From positions 27,150,085 to 27,199,866 of the forward strand of contig JBOZIK010000001.1 of the NCBI GenBank assembly GCA_051453625.1: 49,782 nt of DNA, written 5' to 3'. Position numbers and translations under genes: made by a program. Positions 24,690-39,040 of the stretch are shown here, one piece after another (the first letter of the stretch is position 1; every line of letters begins with the position of its first letter). The DNA is from Welwitschia mirabilis. Its lineage: Eukaryota. The notes beneath the pieces are model-generated. The model searched no databases and was not told the DNA's origin. It saw only the letters and a list, made by a program, of their open reading frames with translations.

Positions 24690-26700
24690 CCTTTTCAATG
24701 GGATCATATGATTCAATAGCTCCATTTTCTAAACTTTTTTGTTATGGTATAAGGCCCTAGCCGATTTTGTTCATACTTTTATTTTAAATGGATCTATTTA
24801 AGATCAAAGTATAATACTAAATATCTTATCCTAAATTCGTTTTTTTTATTTTATCATCACGATATATACCTTAGTGTTTTATTGTATTAGTTTTTTATAT
24901 AAGAAATCTTCTTTTCTAATTTCATTCAAGACATTTATATTTTCTATCCATTCTTTATGGGCTTTATCTAGGTTGCATTTAACTTCTCTAGTTGAGTTTA
25001 AGGATTTTATTATAATTCAATTAAAAAACAGGCACTTTTTTAATAAACCATTTCATATGATGTAAACCTTATGCTATGTTTTTAATTTATTGTATAAACT
25101 CAATTTTTTAGCCTAACATGCATTATTTATGTTTATGATTTTGGTTAATATTATATTAATTTATCTATTAGTTACTTTAGCTTGGTTATTTGATTAAGGA
25201 TGATAAGCAGTACAAATTTTGTGATGGATTTTATGCTTAGATAGAAATTTTCTAAAACTTTTACTAGTAAAATATGTTTATTTACTACAAATGAGACTTC
25301 TAATAATTTGAAACCTATAGATGATGTTCTCAAGGAAAATAAAAACTACTATTTAAAAATAATAATGAGATATAGCCTTAGCCTTAGCCCACTTAGTCAA
25401 GTAATTAACACAAACCAAAATATAGTTTTTTCTATAGGAAGAGGGATTAATAGATCCAATGAAATATATGCCACATACTCTAAAGGGTTAATGGAGTAAA
25501 TCCATTATTGTGGCATTTTTAATCTCTAAGTAAATGCTTCTTTTCTTTAACATTTATTACAACCTCAAATATATATGTTGGGATTCCCANNNNNNNNNNA
25601 AATATTATTAGCATAGTACTCCATAATGTCCTTTTCATTCTCCCTCATGAGCGTCTTCTAAAATTTCTTTCTATAGGTGTTTTTCATTCATCTTCTAATA
25701 GTATGATTTTTACATCATTTAAATAGAATCTTATCAACCACATGTAATTTCTACTTTTGTTAATGATTTCTTTCTTATATATTAATTTATAAATAATAGA
25801 AATTTCATACTTACAATACAATTAACTATGTTAGTATATAAAGGATTTATTATGATTTGAAAGAGCTATTCATCAAAAAATTAACTTCTTATATTAATTG
25901 GTTTTTTATTAATAAAATACAACCTTGAAAGGTGATCTACTACTATGTTTACTATCCATTTCTTATTAATAATTTTTAAGTAAAATTATTTTATTAATAA
26001 TATCCATTTAATAATTCTTTAATTCTCTTTATTTTTATTCATTAAAAAATATGATTACACTATGGTCTTTATAGATTTTTACTTCATATATTAGGATATT
26101 ATGTCCAAAATTTTCTATTCTTATTATTAATACTAATAATTACTTTTCGGTAACCATATAATCTTGTTGAGATGACTTAAAATTATTAATAATGTAGGCA
26201 ATAATAATGGTTTATTTTTATCATCTTTTTATCCTAAAAGAGCTTTTATAACATGGCTAGATACAGTAACAATAATGTAAAATGATTTTTCCTAATTAGA
26301 TCATTGTAAAATAGGTTTTGATAAAATTTTTTCTTTTAAATTCTAGAAAGAACATTGAATTCATTAGTTTTAAATATATTACACTCTTTTTACAAGAGAG
26401 TACTAAGGGTTTTAGTAGTTTTTCTAAATTTGCTATAAATCTTCTATAATATCCTACATGCCTTAAGAAGAATCTTAATACAATTAATTTGGTTGAGAGC
26501 TATATGTTTTTTATGACCTTGATTTTTCATTCATTAATCTTAAGTCCTTTATGAGACATTTTATTATCACATCCAGACTTTTANNNNNNNNNNTTTAGCT
26601 TAAAAATTTAAAGTAAAGTCATTTTTTTATTATAAATTCATCAAGCTAATATAGATATTGTGTTTACTGAGATGACATTATATTATGAAAAATTTTATTC
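24690..26700 (-). pseudogene. pol: Element E: heavily decayed Athila-like pol (RT C-terminus, RH, integrase)
   Basis: LRFFLRHVGYYRRFIANLEKLLKPL (~26403-26477); KPFRVCGIYFIGSINPSS..YILVCVNYLTKWAKA (~25378-25490); LGPYTITKKFRNGAIE (~24712-24760). Confidence 0.8.
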
Positions 26701-29700
26701 CTTTAAGTCTTTCATTTGTAAAATCCATAATATTATTTCATCATAATCCTTAACAAGAATGACCTCTAGTGGTTGTATTAATATTAATTTCTTTGTGTGA
26801 TTGTTGCATTTTTTCTTAATTTTTACATGAAAAAAAACATTATGGTATGATGGATATTTTTAATTATTCATTTTAATAATTACATTTGATAGAATAAAAA
26901 GCATTTATATTTATTATGATGAATTATTATATACCTAGTGGCTAGGAAAAGTAATAATGAGGCATTATGAAACCCTATCACCTTCACTACCTCCATAACA
27001 TGATGGTGTTTCTTCATATTCTTGAGTCTTCTCATAATTCCCACATCCTCATGTTATAAATAGGACTTCCCTATTTTCATATTTGAAATATTTTCAAGAA
27101 TATCTTGTTATTAGATATTGATGATTTCAACTTAAAGCTTAGAAAACCTAGGAGCCTTGAAATCTTAGAAGAGCATTGAAGTCTTTGGACACTATGATCA
27201 GATACGAGTATGATTTCATTTCATTCTTTCTTTCTTGCTTGGTTCTTTCCTTATATACATCCTTTTATGCTTATTTATTTTATTTATTTTATTACAATAC
27301 TGTAAAGATATTAGATGTGTGTGTTATTAATACTAGAATATATGCATTCCTAGATATAAATCTTAGATTCTACTATTTTTTTGCTAGACAAAATCTTTAT
27401 GAATCTAAATCCAAGTTATTTTTGTGGAGGGTTGATATAGGTTACTCATAATTCTCTCAATATATTGGGTTCTTCTAGTCTTATGATAATGAGTATTCTA
27501 TAGATCATCAAATGAGGTAGTGGACTTTATAGATTGCCAAATGAGGCAATGTAGTGAGTGAAAAAGTAAAAAAACATTATATGAGATCCATAGATTGCCA
27601 AGTAATGAAGTGGAAGGAACTTAAAAATATATGAAAAATTTATAAACTAGTTATTTTGATTTGATATCCATAAGATTATCATCCTTATTATCAAAAGTTC
27701 TCAATTTTTTCTTATCTATCTTGATATTTAAAAATCCTAATATTATCTTGTATTATCCTAACCATACTATGAGCTATGAAAATTTCACGGTTCTTACTCC
27801 ATATTTTATGTGTAAACAGGTGGTATAACTAAGTCTTAAATGCCAAGGAGGGCATAGAGTAATGAAAATTATTATTCTAGTTTATGTTAAAAATTTTGTC
27901 TTAGAATGAAACTTGTAACTCTTGATGAATCTTGAATTTCTTAGTATTTTAATGTGTTAAATGTTGAATCATGTATATCTTATGTTGGTATATATTATTT
28001 TAATGAAATATGAAATTTAACCACTTATTCTTTTATGCATTTCTTGAAGATGAAAACTTTATTATTTAGTATTAGTGGCAAACTTTTTAATATAAACTTA
28101 GTGTAATCTAATTCATTAATTAATATGAAAAAGTATAATGATAATGTACTTTATGAGGAATAAGAGGTATCATAATAAAATAAAAGGTGATACTATTTTA
28201 TTATAATGGAGTAATATTAAAGAAGGGGAGGAAAACATTAAGGGGATCATTCCAAAATAGAGAAAGGTCTTGCATAGTCACCTACCTTATACTTCTTTCT
28301 TCCAATGAATCTATCCTTTCCTATGGAATTCAAGGAAAACATTTTCTAAGATGAAATTTAATGTATCCATCTTTTCCACATTTTTGATGTGCTAATGCAA
28401 GATTTAACATTTTCTAAAATAAGATCTAAGTCATGAATAATAGTGAAAAATGCATAAGAATAAGAAGAATCATATGATGTAAGCATTGGTGGGGTGTGAT
28501 TTGATAAATACTCACATGGTATGGATGTTAAGCCTTTAGCGTCATGAATAAAAATAGGTCTTTTTAAAGAGACATAATGCCACCCACGTGAGGAATTATG
28601 GTTTGATATGCCATTAGTTTAATAATAATAATACCTAACACTATCAAATACAATATCACTAAGAAATTAACAGAGGTGGTAAAAGTTGCATTGAAAAATA
28701 AACTTTGGAATAACTTTGGGCCACACAAGAAAGCTACTTGATAATGGTTAATGGCAGGAACATTAAGGAGAGATGCTTGGATGAGAAATAAATCTTCTGA
28801 TTAATTTTTTGGCTTCCTTGAGTACTCTGTAACTTAGAGATTTTTTTCCTTAATGACTTCTTGATTTTGATGACATGCATGTAGAGATACGATTATGTAA
28901 CTCATTGAAATATCATTCTAAAACCATGAGAAATTCCTTTGGATTTCATGTGTTATCAATCATTCCTTTCATATGTCCTTTAACTATCTTTGTTATTACT
29001 TTCTATTTTTTTTTATGTTTTTCTAGGATTACCTTCTTGATAAGCACTATATATCTAGGAATTTTAGTCTTTTCATCATGATTATTTTGCATTCTACAAT
29101 ACCTATGCTCATAGAGTAATTTCATAAAAATCTTTTACTTGTTTTATTGAAGGAGTTACCTTCTTTTGAGTTTCTTAGACCATTTCTTTTTAGTTAATCT
29201 ATTCAGAACCATTTCTTTCTAAACGAGAATGAATTTAAATAAATATTTTATCCCTTAATAGTCCTCCAAAAATATTTAATATTTTAATGTTATTAGATTA
29301 AAAAAATTATGATGCAAGACATTCTCCTTTAATACTCTATATATTTTTCACTAGTCCATTTAAGTCTGGTATCATCCTTGGCACTTTTCCTATATTTGTT
29401 GTTTGTAAACCCTTAAGTATTATCATTTACCAACCTAATCTCAGTCTTTATCTCATGATTTCCATGCATCCATGAGCCTATTGCTCTTATCATGTTCATT
29501 ATTTCTCACCTACTCCTATTTCAACACAGTCATCAACCACGCTAATGTATTAACCAATAATGATAATGTAGTTAATTAATGCTAGAATGTAAGTATTACT
29601 TAAGGACTTAAATTTAAGATCTTTGTTTGAATCTTCTAATAACCTTTTTAAGGAAAAGAATGATAACATGATAGTAGTAGTAAAATTAGTGATTGAAATG

Positions 29701-29879
29701 ATAATAAGACATAAAGGGAAAAGGTCATATGTTCTAATCCTTCTAAAACTTTTTAAGAAATCCTTTTTAAAATAACTTGACTTTGAGATATTTTTAAAAT
29801 TCTATATTATTCCTCTTCTTTCAACTATAGTGCTAGTGTAAGTGGTCTTGGTGATGAATACTTATAACTAAATTATGGG

Positions 29880-32800
29880 TTTGACTTTAAGCTAAGAAAA
29901 AATTCTAAATTTTAGTTAACATACATATCCCATAAGCTATGTATTTTATAACATGATCAAATATATATGTATATATATGGATTAAAATATATATTTTAAT
30001 GGGTCTTATAACTCCTTTATGATTCTTGTGGATTTATATAATCTAGACAACAAAATTTTAAACCTAAGCTTTATAGGATGTTTAATCATTCTAGCTATCA
30101 AATGTATATAGATGTTTATTATACCTTTTATTTAATTAAGTCCCTTCTTAAGAGTATTTCTTTGTATTTCTTTTAATTTATTATTATAATATGATAGAAA
30201 ACTTTGATCTTACGTTTATGTCCTAAGACTATACCTTTTTTTCATAATAAGATAATTTTCTAACCAACTTAGTCTTAGTATTTTCTCTCATATCTTTTTA
30301 AGAACTTTTTTAATATAATAATTAACTCATTAAAGTAATTTTTAAATGTGAAAAAAAATCCATAAATACTTTGATATACCTATTTTTCATATCCTAGAAA
30401 ATACTATTTACTAATATTTAAAAGGTAGTAGGAGCATTACATAATTCAAAGGGAAATACTTTATAAGTGTACCTAATGTAAAGTAAAAGATTTTTTGGCT
30501 TAACCTACTAAAGCTATTGGGACTTTATTATATCAATTATATCCATCAAGAAAACTATAGGATTAATTCCTAAACATTCTCTTAAAAATTTATCTATAAA
30601 TAGGAGAGAAAAGTAAACTTTATAAGTTGCTAAATTTAATATTTAAAAGTCTATACAGTACTAAAATAACTAGAATAAACCATTCTGAATCTAATATGAA
30701 GTAGATGAATCCAATTTCTAAGAGCTTAGAAATTTATTATTTAATTTTTTTCTTTTACATATGACTTGCACATTTCTTTTGATTGTTCATTGAATATAAT
30801 GGTTGTATTCAAATAAAACCTATGATAATATATTTTTGGATATAATCTTTTAATATTAGTATAATCCTATGAAAAAGCTTCTCTCTTCTAATTAACATTC
30901 TTTTAAGCTTCCTTTTCTAGTAATAGGTTAAAGAATTATTAATAATTTAAGTGCTATTTAGAGCTACCTTTATATATTATAATCCTTTTCTAAGTAAGGG
31001 TTTTTCTATTTCTTGAGATATCAAACGCTCTTATCTATACTTTTCTTCATTTTACTAATTTAACACCATATTAAGTTCTTTCTTTAGAATGACATTAGTT
31101 TCTGCTTATATTTTATGCCCTATTTCCTTTAAAAATGCTAGATCAAATAGCTTGATTTCCCTTTTAAGATCTTCCAGACTAGTCTCCATTATCCATTCTC
31201 TAGAATAAACAGTAGCATCTATAGTAGCCATTAATAGTTTTTTAGAATTACCACATATCTTTAGCTTTTCATTCTTAAAGAGTCTATAAAATAAATAAAT
31301 AATTAAATTTCAATAGTATATATTTTGAAATTTTTGTTGGTGTTATTATAGAATCATCTACTAAATATACTTTCCCTTGGTAACATATCAAGTTTGATTT
31401 TTCCAATTTCTCATAAGTTTCATAAGCAATTACATTAACACTTGCTCCAAGACTATAAGTACTTCATTCTTAAGTTTTTCATCAAAATTTATATCTTTTG
31501 TAGGTCTTCCTAGATTGCTATACTTTGCATATTTTTTATTTTGAAGAACCTAAGTAGAAGTCTAAGAAATTTAGTCTTTTCTAATCATTTTAATCTACCT
31601 CTCATTTTGCCCCATCCACACCCAACCCCCTGCCTGGTCCCTTCCTACCCATATTTTAGTTTTAAGAAAATTCTTTTCATTTTCTTTTAACACATAAGCA
31701 CATGCTTTCATAAATTCGAGAGAGGTGATTCTATGATGGTATCTTTTAGGGCTCCTGCTAAATCTTCTATATTGTCTTTTACCTTATGATGATCTATTTA
31801 TTTGCTTCTCAGTGGAAAAGATAAAGATTTAACTAGTTTGTCTATTACCCTTAGTATTTTAGCATTGGTTTCCTTTTCCACTATTAAAATACTTAAGCTC
31901 TCCTTTTTCTTTTATTATTTAGTTATTATCATTGGTTTTTTTGATCTCATAATCATAGCATTACTTATTGCTTTCCTTGAGCTTCATTGAGGTAGGATAG
32001 AAATATTTTTTTCTTTCATGTATACTTGATATTTTTCTTTCATTTCTATCTAATCTTCCTTTTTCCAATTTCTCTAATAATCATATTACTTTTATATTTT
32101 TAAATAAACATATTTGTAGAGGGTTTTCTATTTCCTTATTCCATTTTCTACTTTGATAAGAATGTGATTTCATCCTTGTTTTAAAGTTTATTTTCTATGT
32201 TTAGATCTAATCTATTAATGTATAGCTAGTGGAAAAATTTCTATATCTATGGATATTCCATTCCTTTGTGATTATTTTCCATACATTATTCACACATGAG
32301 CCTTCTTTGTATTTGAAATGTTGCATAGATAATAGATCAAATTTTTCTACAATTCTATTAGTTATCATTTTAGATACATCTTTTATAAGATTAATATTCT
32401 TTGAACAATACACAAGTGCCCTCTACTTTTGTGATAACTTCATTTATTCTCTTTTTCTTTACACCTTTTTAATCCCCTTCTTGATTCCTGTTATAAAATT
32501 GAAAAATAGATTTTCCTATCTCTTGCAAATTCTTAGTCTTGATACTTCCTCTACATAACAAATCCACTTCCTTAAAATTTTATCTCTGTAATATTATAAC
32601 AGATGCTTTGATTCTTTTTTTGATTGAAATTCTATAACTAGGACATATAGATAATAATATATTATATTGATGCATGAATTCATTAGATATTGTATTATAT
32701 TTTTATTTGATATTTAGAATTTATTCCATTAATATTCCTACTATTCCTATATGTTTAAAGTTATCAAAGAAAGAATTCTAAAGGTTTCCTTATGAACTAG

Positions 32801-33300
32801 AGGTATGATTAGCATTTCTATGATATCATAATTGAGCATCACCATTTAAAGAGAATGAAAAATACCTTGAAAAGTTAGATTTCAAATCAAGATAAATTTT
32901 TGTATAGAAGAAATTAAATAAAATCAAATGTAGCAATAGTTATTTTATTTTTCACCCTTAAAGGTGGGTATAAATGTCATATATATATTTCTTACTTTGT
33001 TAGAATATTCTAATGCATTAATGTTAATGGGGCTCAAATAATTTAACTACTGAATGTAATAATTTAAATGTCTTGATTTTCCATAATTTCCTAGTAACAA
33101 CCTATGACAAATTATTTTCACAATTATGAGTTTTGGTTTTTTAGAAAGTCTTCCCTTAAATCATAGGTGATTTTAAAAGAGTTATCAATCACTACTCTAT
33201 TTCATTCATTAGTTGATGAATTATTTATTCCTTAATAGTTTATCCAATATTTATTTTATCCATGATAAAATACTCCTTCTATTATTATTTTACTCTTATT
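29880..33300 (-). pseudogene. pol: Element F: heavily decayed Ty3/gypsy gag-PR-RT-RH remnant
   Basis: RT YSFLDGY (~30540-30560), FPFELCNAPTTF and IKVFMDF (~30355-30456); PR VLGASVNVI (~31428-31453); RH-like YIFDHVIKY (~29941-29967); weak gag-like ORF 32207-32413. Boundaries are uncertain. Confidence 0.7.
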
Positions 33301-33428
33301 TTCTTTTTGAGTATCCAAATCATATTTTCTAGGATTTCTAACAAATATATCTCTATCATCTTGCTATTTCCCTTAGCTGTGTTATTGTACTATATACTTT
33401 TTCATCCCTATGAGTTGCCTTTAGATTA

Positions 33429-33449
33429 CCCCTTCTTGTAGTGCCAAAC
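33429..33449 (-). promoter_or_regulatory. Possible PBS of F
   Basis: gtttggcactacaagaagggg on the minus strand follows ...tatta (possibly an eroded ATCA LTR end) and lies upstream of the gag-like region. Confidence 0.45.
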
Positions 33450-35592
33450 TAATAAAATCTTATTTTTGAAATAGCTACTAAAAATATTACAAAGTAATGC
33501 TAAAAAAATCAAATAATTGAGATGCTATTTAACCTAAAGTAAGCTTAAACCATTGAATTTAAAAATAAAGGTTTAATAACTAAATAGTAAAGACTATTAG
33601 ATACAGTACCAGATTAGTTTGAAATAAATTATTAACATCAATTCTTGTTGAAGTTTACTTGAATTGTTTAGGTTAAATATTAATATATAGGTCTATTATA
33701 TACATATTATATACTATAGGAAATGATTAAAATGAAAAATGTAATAGGAATTTTACTATATGATGAAATAATATGTATCTCTAAGTATTGCTAAATATCC
33801 TAGTCTATGTTTATCTACACAAATAGAAGAAAGTCAAAGTATCATTGCTTTATCAATTAATAAAAAACTATACCTTTTGGTATGAATATAAATTAATTCA
33901 TTCATTCAAGATTAGCTTTTTAGCACTAGATTTAAATAAATCAAATGTTTATAAAATGTATTAATGAGAAAGTGTTTTTTCTTTATAGGTAACACATGAA
34001 ATCTGAAGATGTAATTACATCCTTTTTACAATGCATTCAGAGCAACTTTCCTTTTGATCCTTTATCTTTTCTCTACCTTAAGTTGTTTTTTTCCAAAAGA
34101 TCATTTTTCCTTCTCCCATTATTTTTTTATTGATTTCCTTCTACCTTTTTTACTAGATAATTTTCTTTCTTTACTTCTTAAGAATAGCTCATGATTGATT
34201 TTATTACTTGGCTTTCATAACCTTATCCTTGTCTCTCATCCTTATGCCAACTGGTATTTTGTACCTACGACATAATGGATATTACATATGCTAACTTGCT
34301 AACAATTTAAATTACTAATATATTATCCTAAGTATTTTTAAATGAAGTATTAAATAACTAGTTAAAATACATAGTTCTAGGTATAAAGATATTTTTTTTT
34401 ATGAAAATTCTCATCACCATTTGTACTCATCAGATCCCATGAAGGATCCACAGGGTGATAAGAAGAAAATCCTCTAGCATAAGTAAGATGAAACTACTCT
34501 TTAGAATTACAAACTTGACCATCATAGTAGATGAAAGAAACATCTTAATGCAAATTCTTACTATATTATTAAATAATTAAACCTTTTAACTACTCAACCT
34601 ACTTAATACTTATAAGTAGAATCTATATTTTTGGAATTAAATCTACAACTATAGTCAAAGGATCCTATATAGGCTTGAATAATAAAGGATGTTCTTGACA
34701 TAGAAGGAGGATGTAAAGTAGTAAATATGAGGATGAGACTCTAACAAGCATATTAAAATCCTTCAGACCCATGGAATAAGTGGTTAAAAATTAGTAACCT
34801 ATACAAATGAATTAACATTGATTAACCCATTAGGATGATCCTCTTAAAACTTAGATAAAGGAGGAATTATTAACCTTGAAAAAGAAGACAAGCTAGTAGG
34901 TTTACTTAATTCCATCCTAAAATAAATGCTTTTACATTTATCCATACTTAATTTCCTCTTCTCCTTTGTCATGTTACAAGAAGGAAGTTTTGATTCATCC
35001 TATTAGAAAGAAAAGTAATGTTTAATACTACTTGTTTTACATAATGATAACATTAATTTAAAAAACATTTATTTTAGAAAAGTAGATTCATGTTAACTTG
35101 ATGCCTATCTATTCATGAAATAACTAAAGGAGAATAGCCTTATTTTGCTTCTTAATATTAAATAATAGCAATAAGTATTAAAGCTCATAAAGAAGGATTA
35201 ATTCCCTTCCCTTTGGAGCAAGGTCTTAAATGAAGACTTATCTTTGAAATCCATATACATTTTCATAAAACATGATGAATAAAGAAATAGTAACTATATC
35301 ACAAATATTGAGAGAAATAATTACCTAATTGGATTAGACATTACTGACTAAATAATAAACAAGGCTACTTTCCTTATTAGAAGAGGCATGAGATCCATAA
35401 TGTTCAATTCTAGGTAAATATTCTAAGGGAATAAAAATCTAATAAGGAGGATCATTTATTTGATATTAATAAAGTGATCAACTCTAAAAAAGGTAAAATA
35501 CAAAGAAAGTAGAATACTTCCATAAGTTAATAATCTAAAATTTGAGCTTTATTTAGTTTTTGATAATTAAGAAATAAAATTAGAATAGATAC

Positions 35593-35803
35593 TTAAACTA
35601 TAATGAAAGGAAAGCTCTTGATTATTATCTATAAATAAAAGATAAATAGGATATTCTACAAGTTGTAAAGAATGGAAATGAAGGAACCCTCTACCTACAA
35701 TAAGAATTCTTAAGATAGCATAATGAAAAATATTAATGAAATTTATAGAAATTTCATGATGAAGTTGTTGGTTAATAAAATCAAAGAAAGTGGTTTACTA
35801 GAA
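35593..35803 (+). pseudogene. Possible ancient copia gag remnant, the target of D; may continue at 44510-44900
   Basis: LNYNERKALDYYL*IKDK*DILQVVKNG resembles a copia gag N-terminus; YECYNYKKYG (~44633-44662) resembles a decayed zinc knuckle. Weak similarity only. Confidence 0.3.
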
Positions 35804-36892
35804 TGTTGTGGTACGAATTTATGCAATGTTTCATGCCTTGATCTAAATCCTATTAATTACAAATAAGATGCATAAACATAGCACACTAGTATAATCGGGA
35901 GTAATTTAAATGTTATAATTTCATCGAAGGCCAATAGTATGGATAATAAAGAGTTGATTTTGAGAAATAAATATGTAACTCTAATCTACTAAAATAAATT
36001 TAAATGCATAGAATTAAAATAATGATGCAAAAATAATATATAAAAAGAAATAATGATGCACCTAATCTAATCAAGCTCAACCTTAACAAAGGCTGCCCTC
36101 ATAATCTATATAACAAAAGAAACTTGTTAAAAATCTTAAATAATATAAACTATAAGGAAGAGATTCCTACATATATTGAAAAAAAAGAATAATTCATATT
36201 AAAAAGCATAAAAGCATCTACATTACAAATTAACCATTTCTCAATGAAGGAAACACTGCTCAACACCAAGGGAACGTCTCTCTGAAATTGTTGGATGGTT
36301 CTTCAGTATGAAGATCTCCTATAATGAGAATGTCAAGTACTATCAAAGATGATTAGGAATTAAGGGGGAGAAATTTTTTTATAGACAAAAAAGGAAGGGA
36401 AACTAATAGAGAAGTAGAGAAGAAACCCTAGCTGACATGCAAAGTAAAGTCGCAAAGAAGTGGTGACAACTTGGGAAAACACTCAGTAAAAGTGAGAGAA
36501 AACAGTGTCATCCTTCTAGTCATCCAGACGAAATAGGAGATGATGAAGACTGACAATGAGATATCTATTTAGCTTCCAGTTTAACTACTTGTGAACTGCA
36601 TGTGGACTTGTTATCGCTCTATTGGAGATGTCGTCCACTGGTGATGTCTAAACGATTATGTGGACGACAAGCTTTTATCAATATAATCACTTAGTTATTT
36701 GCAGGAACCATTATCCAAAATAACATTTATTTATATCTACACGAAATGCTTATAATTTATCTGAAAATGACATGTTTTTGTTTTGTTCATCTTGATTCTC
36801 GATTATCATAGAAATTAAACATTTATCTATAAATTCACCTGTAAAATAACTCAAAATACCCTATCAAATACACATAAGTTGGCAGTGTAACA
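35804..36892 (-). repeat. 3' LTR of D
   Basis: Colinear with the sequenced parts of 42525-44504. Confidence 0.92.
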
Positions 36893-39040
36893 TATTCCTC
36901 TACTTAGTCTTGTCAGTCCCTAACAAAACCAGGTGGTAAACCATGTTTACGAGCCAACTTTTAGATAATAAAAACAGCTAGGATATCTAAAAAAAGTATT
37001 TGAGAAAGATATGTAACACAAGCTGACGATAGACTGAATGTCTGAAAAATTCAAAAACTGATGAGATATACCTGCTAATGCATCAAAATTCAGTCATCTA
37101 GTATAGTCATCTAGATGCTAATGGGGACGACAAGATCCTTAAAATATTTTTAAAACTAGAACCTATGACAGAAATCAAATATTTTGTTAATTAAACAATA
37201 CTGATAAATAACTTCTCTCTATGATAAATAGTTAGATATAAAGATAATCATGTACTAATCAAGGAATTATGTGTCAATAACTGGTTCAAAAGGAGGACCT
37301 ATAATAATGATTTCTCATAATCGAAAAAATTTGTATCAGAAATACTGAAAATATATGTGTCCTGTCCCCCACTAAAAAGATGCAATGCATCTCGAATTGT
37401 CTAAACTAACAAAAATGAAAAATCCTAAAGAAAAACAAAAATGGGAAAATGACTGGAAAATAGTAGACATGAAAACAAAAGAAAGGAAGAGGGAAATTTG
37501 ACATAAGAAATAAAAAGAAGAATGTTGACCTGTTATAAGTACTAACGTAGCAAACTCCAAAGGAAGACATCATAGCATTACTTAAGTAAAGATGCATGAA
37601 AAAATATATTAATGTAATAAAGTTCATTTGAATCGGCAATGGTTATAACGATATCTAAGATTATAAGTGTGTAGAACAATGAAGATCAAAAGAAAAAGTT
37701 ACTTAGAAATGGACTCATCTATTTCTACCTACAAACTCACTGAAATCTCCAAAAGTGAAATGATCAAGTGNNNNNNNNNNNNNNNNNNNNNNNNNNNNNN
37801 NNNNNNNNNNNNNNNNNNNNNNNNNNNNNNNNNNNNNNNNNNNNNNNNNNNNNNNNNNNNNNNNNNNNNNNNNNNNNNNNNNNNNNNNNNNNNNNNNNNN
37901 NNNNNNNNNNNNNNNNNNNNNNNNNNNNNNNNNNNNNNNNNNNNNNNNNNNNNNNNNNNNNNNNNNNNNNNNNNNNNNNNNNNNNNNNNNNNNNNNNNNN
38001 NNNNNNNNNNNNNNNNNNNNNNNNNNNNNNNNNNNNNNNNNNNNNNNNNNNNNNNNNNNNNNNNNNNNNNNNNNNNNNNNNNNNNNNNNNNNNNNNNNNN
38101 NNNNNNNNNNNNNNNNNNNNNNNNNNNNNNNNNNNNNNNNNNNNNNNNNNNNNNNNNNNNNNNNNNNNNNNNNNNNNNNNNNNNNNNNNNNNNNNNNNNN
38201 NNNNNNNNNNNNNNNNNNNNNNNNNNNNNNNNNNNNNNNNNNNNNNNNNNNNNNNNNNNNNNNNNNNNNNNNNNNNNNNNNNNNNNNNNNNNNNNNNNNN
38301 NNNNNNNNNNNNNNNNNNNNNNNNNNNNNNNNNNNNNNNNNNNNNNNNNNNNNNNNNNNNNNNNNNNNNNNNNNNNNNNNNNNNNNNNNNNNNNNNNNNN
38401 NNNNNNNNNNNNNNNNNNNNNNNNNNNNNNNNNNNNNNNNNNNNNNNNNNNNNNNNNNNNNNNNNNNNNNNNNNNNNNNNNNNNNNNNNNNNNNNNNNNN
38501 NNNNNNNNNNNNNNNNNNNNNNNNNNNNNNNNNNNNNNNNNNNNNNNNNNNNNNNNNNNNNNNNNNNNNNNNNNNNNNNNNNNNNNNNNNNNNNNNNNNN
38601 NNNNNNNNNNNNNNNNNNNNNNNNNNNNNNNNNNNNNNNNNNNNNNNNNNNNNNNNNNNNNNNNNNNNNNNNNNNNNNNNNNNNNNNNNNNNNNNNNNNN
38701 NNNNNNNNNNNNNNNNNNNNNNNNNNNNNNNNNNNNNNNNNNNNNNNNNNNNNNNNNNNNNCCATAGACATGGGAATGTCTCAAGATTGGGTGAATCTAA
38801 TCTTACCACTTATAAATGCCCAAGTATAAACTAATCATAATACTTTATAAAGTAATACACAAGTCAAGTTTAAAAGATGATTAAGTAAAGTTATAATATT
38901 TAACTAAGAAGTAGGCTAAGAAAAAACTTAGGTAGAAAACAAATGCTTCTACTATATTCATAGTTGTGTCTAAAATTACTCATGTCATTTCAATTGTTTT
39001 CTATATGTGCATATCATTTTCCACCCATAATTTTTATGAT

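Noticed and set aside
21828-24690. Possible 3' UTR and LTR of element E
   Set aside because: No convincing TG...CA ends, PPT or partner repeat could be identified, so it is left unassigned.
24690-33300. E and F as one interrupted element
   Set aside because: Both appear to contain RT C-terminal/RNase H sequence, so they are more likely separate copies. This is not certain given the decay.
37667-38829. Long ORFs of 150-366 aa in the ORF track (also at 11246, 18286, 42564, 43678)
   Set aside because: They are artefacts of translating N runs.
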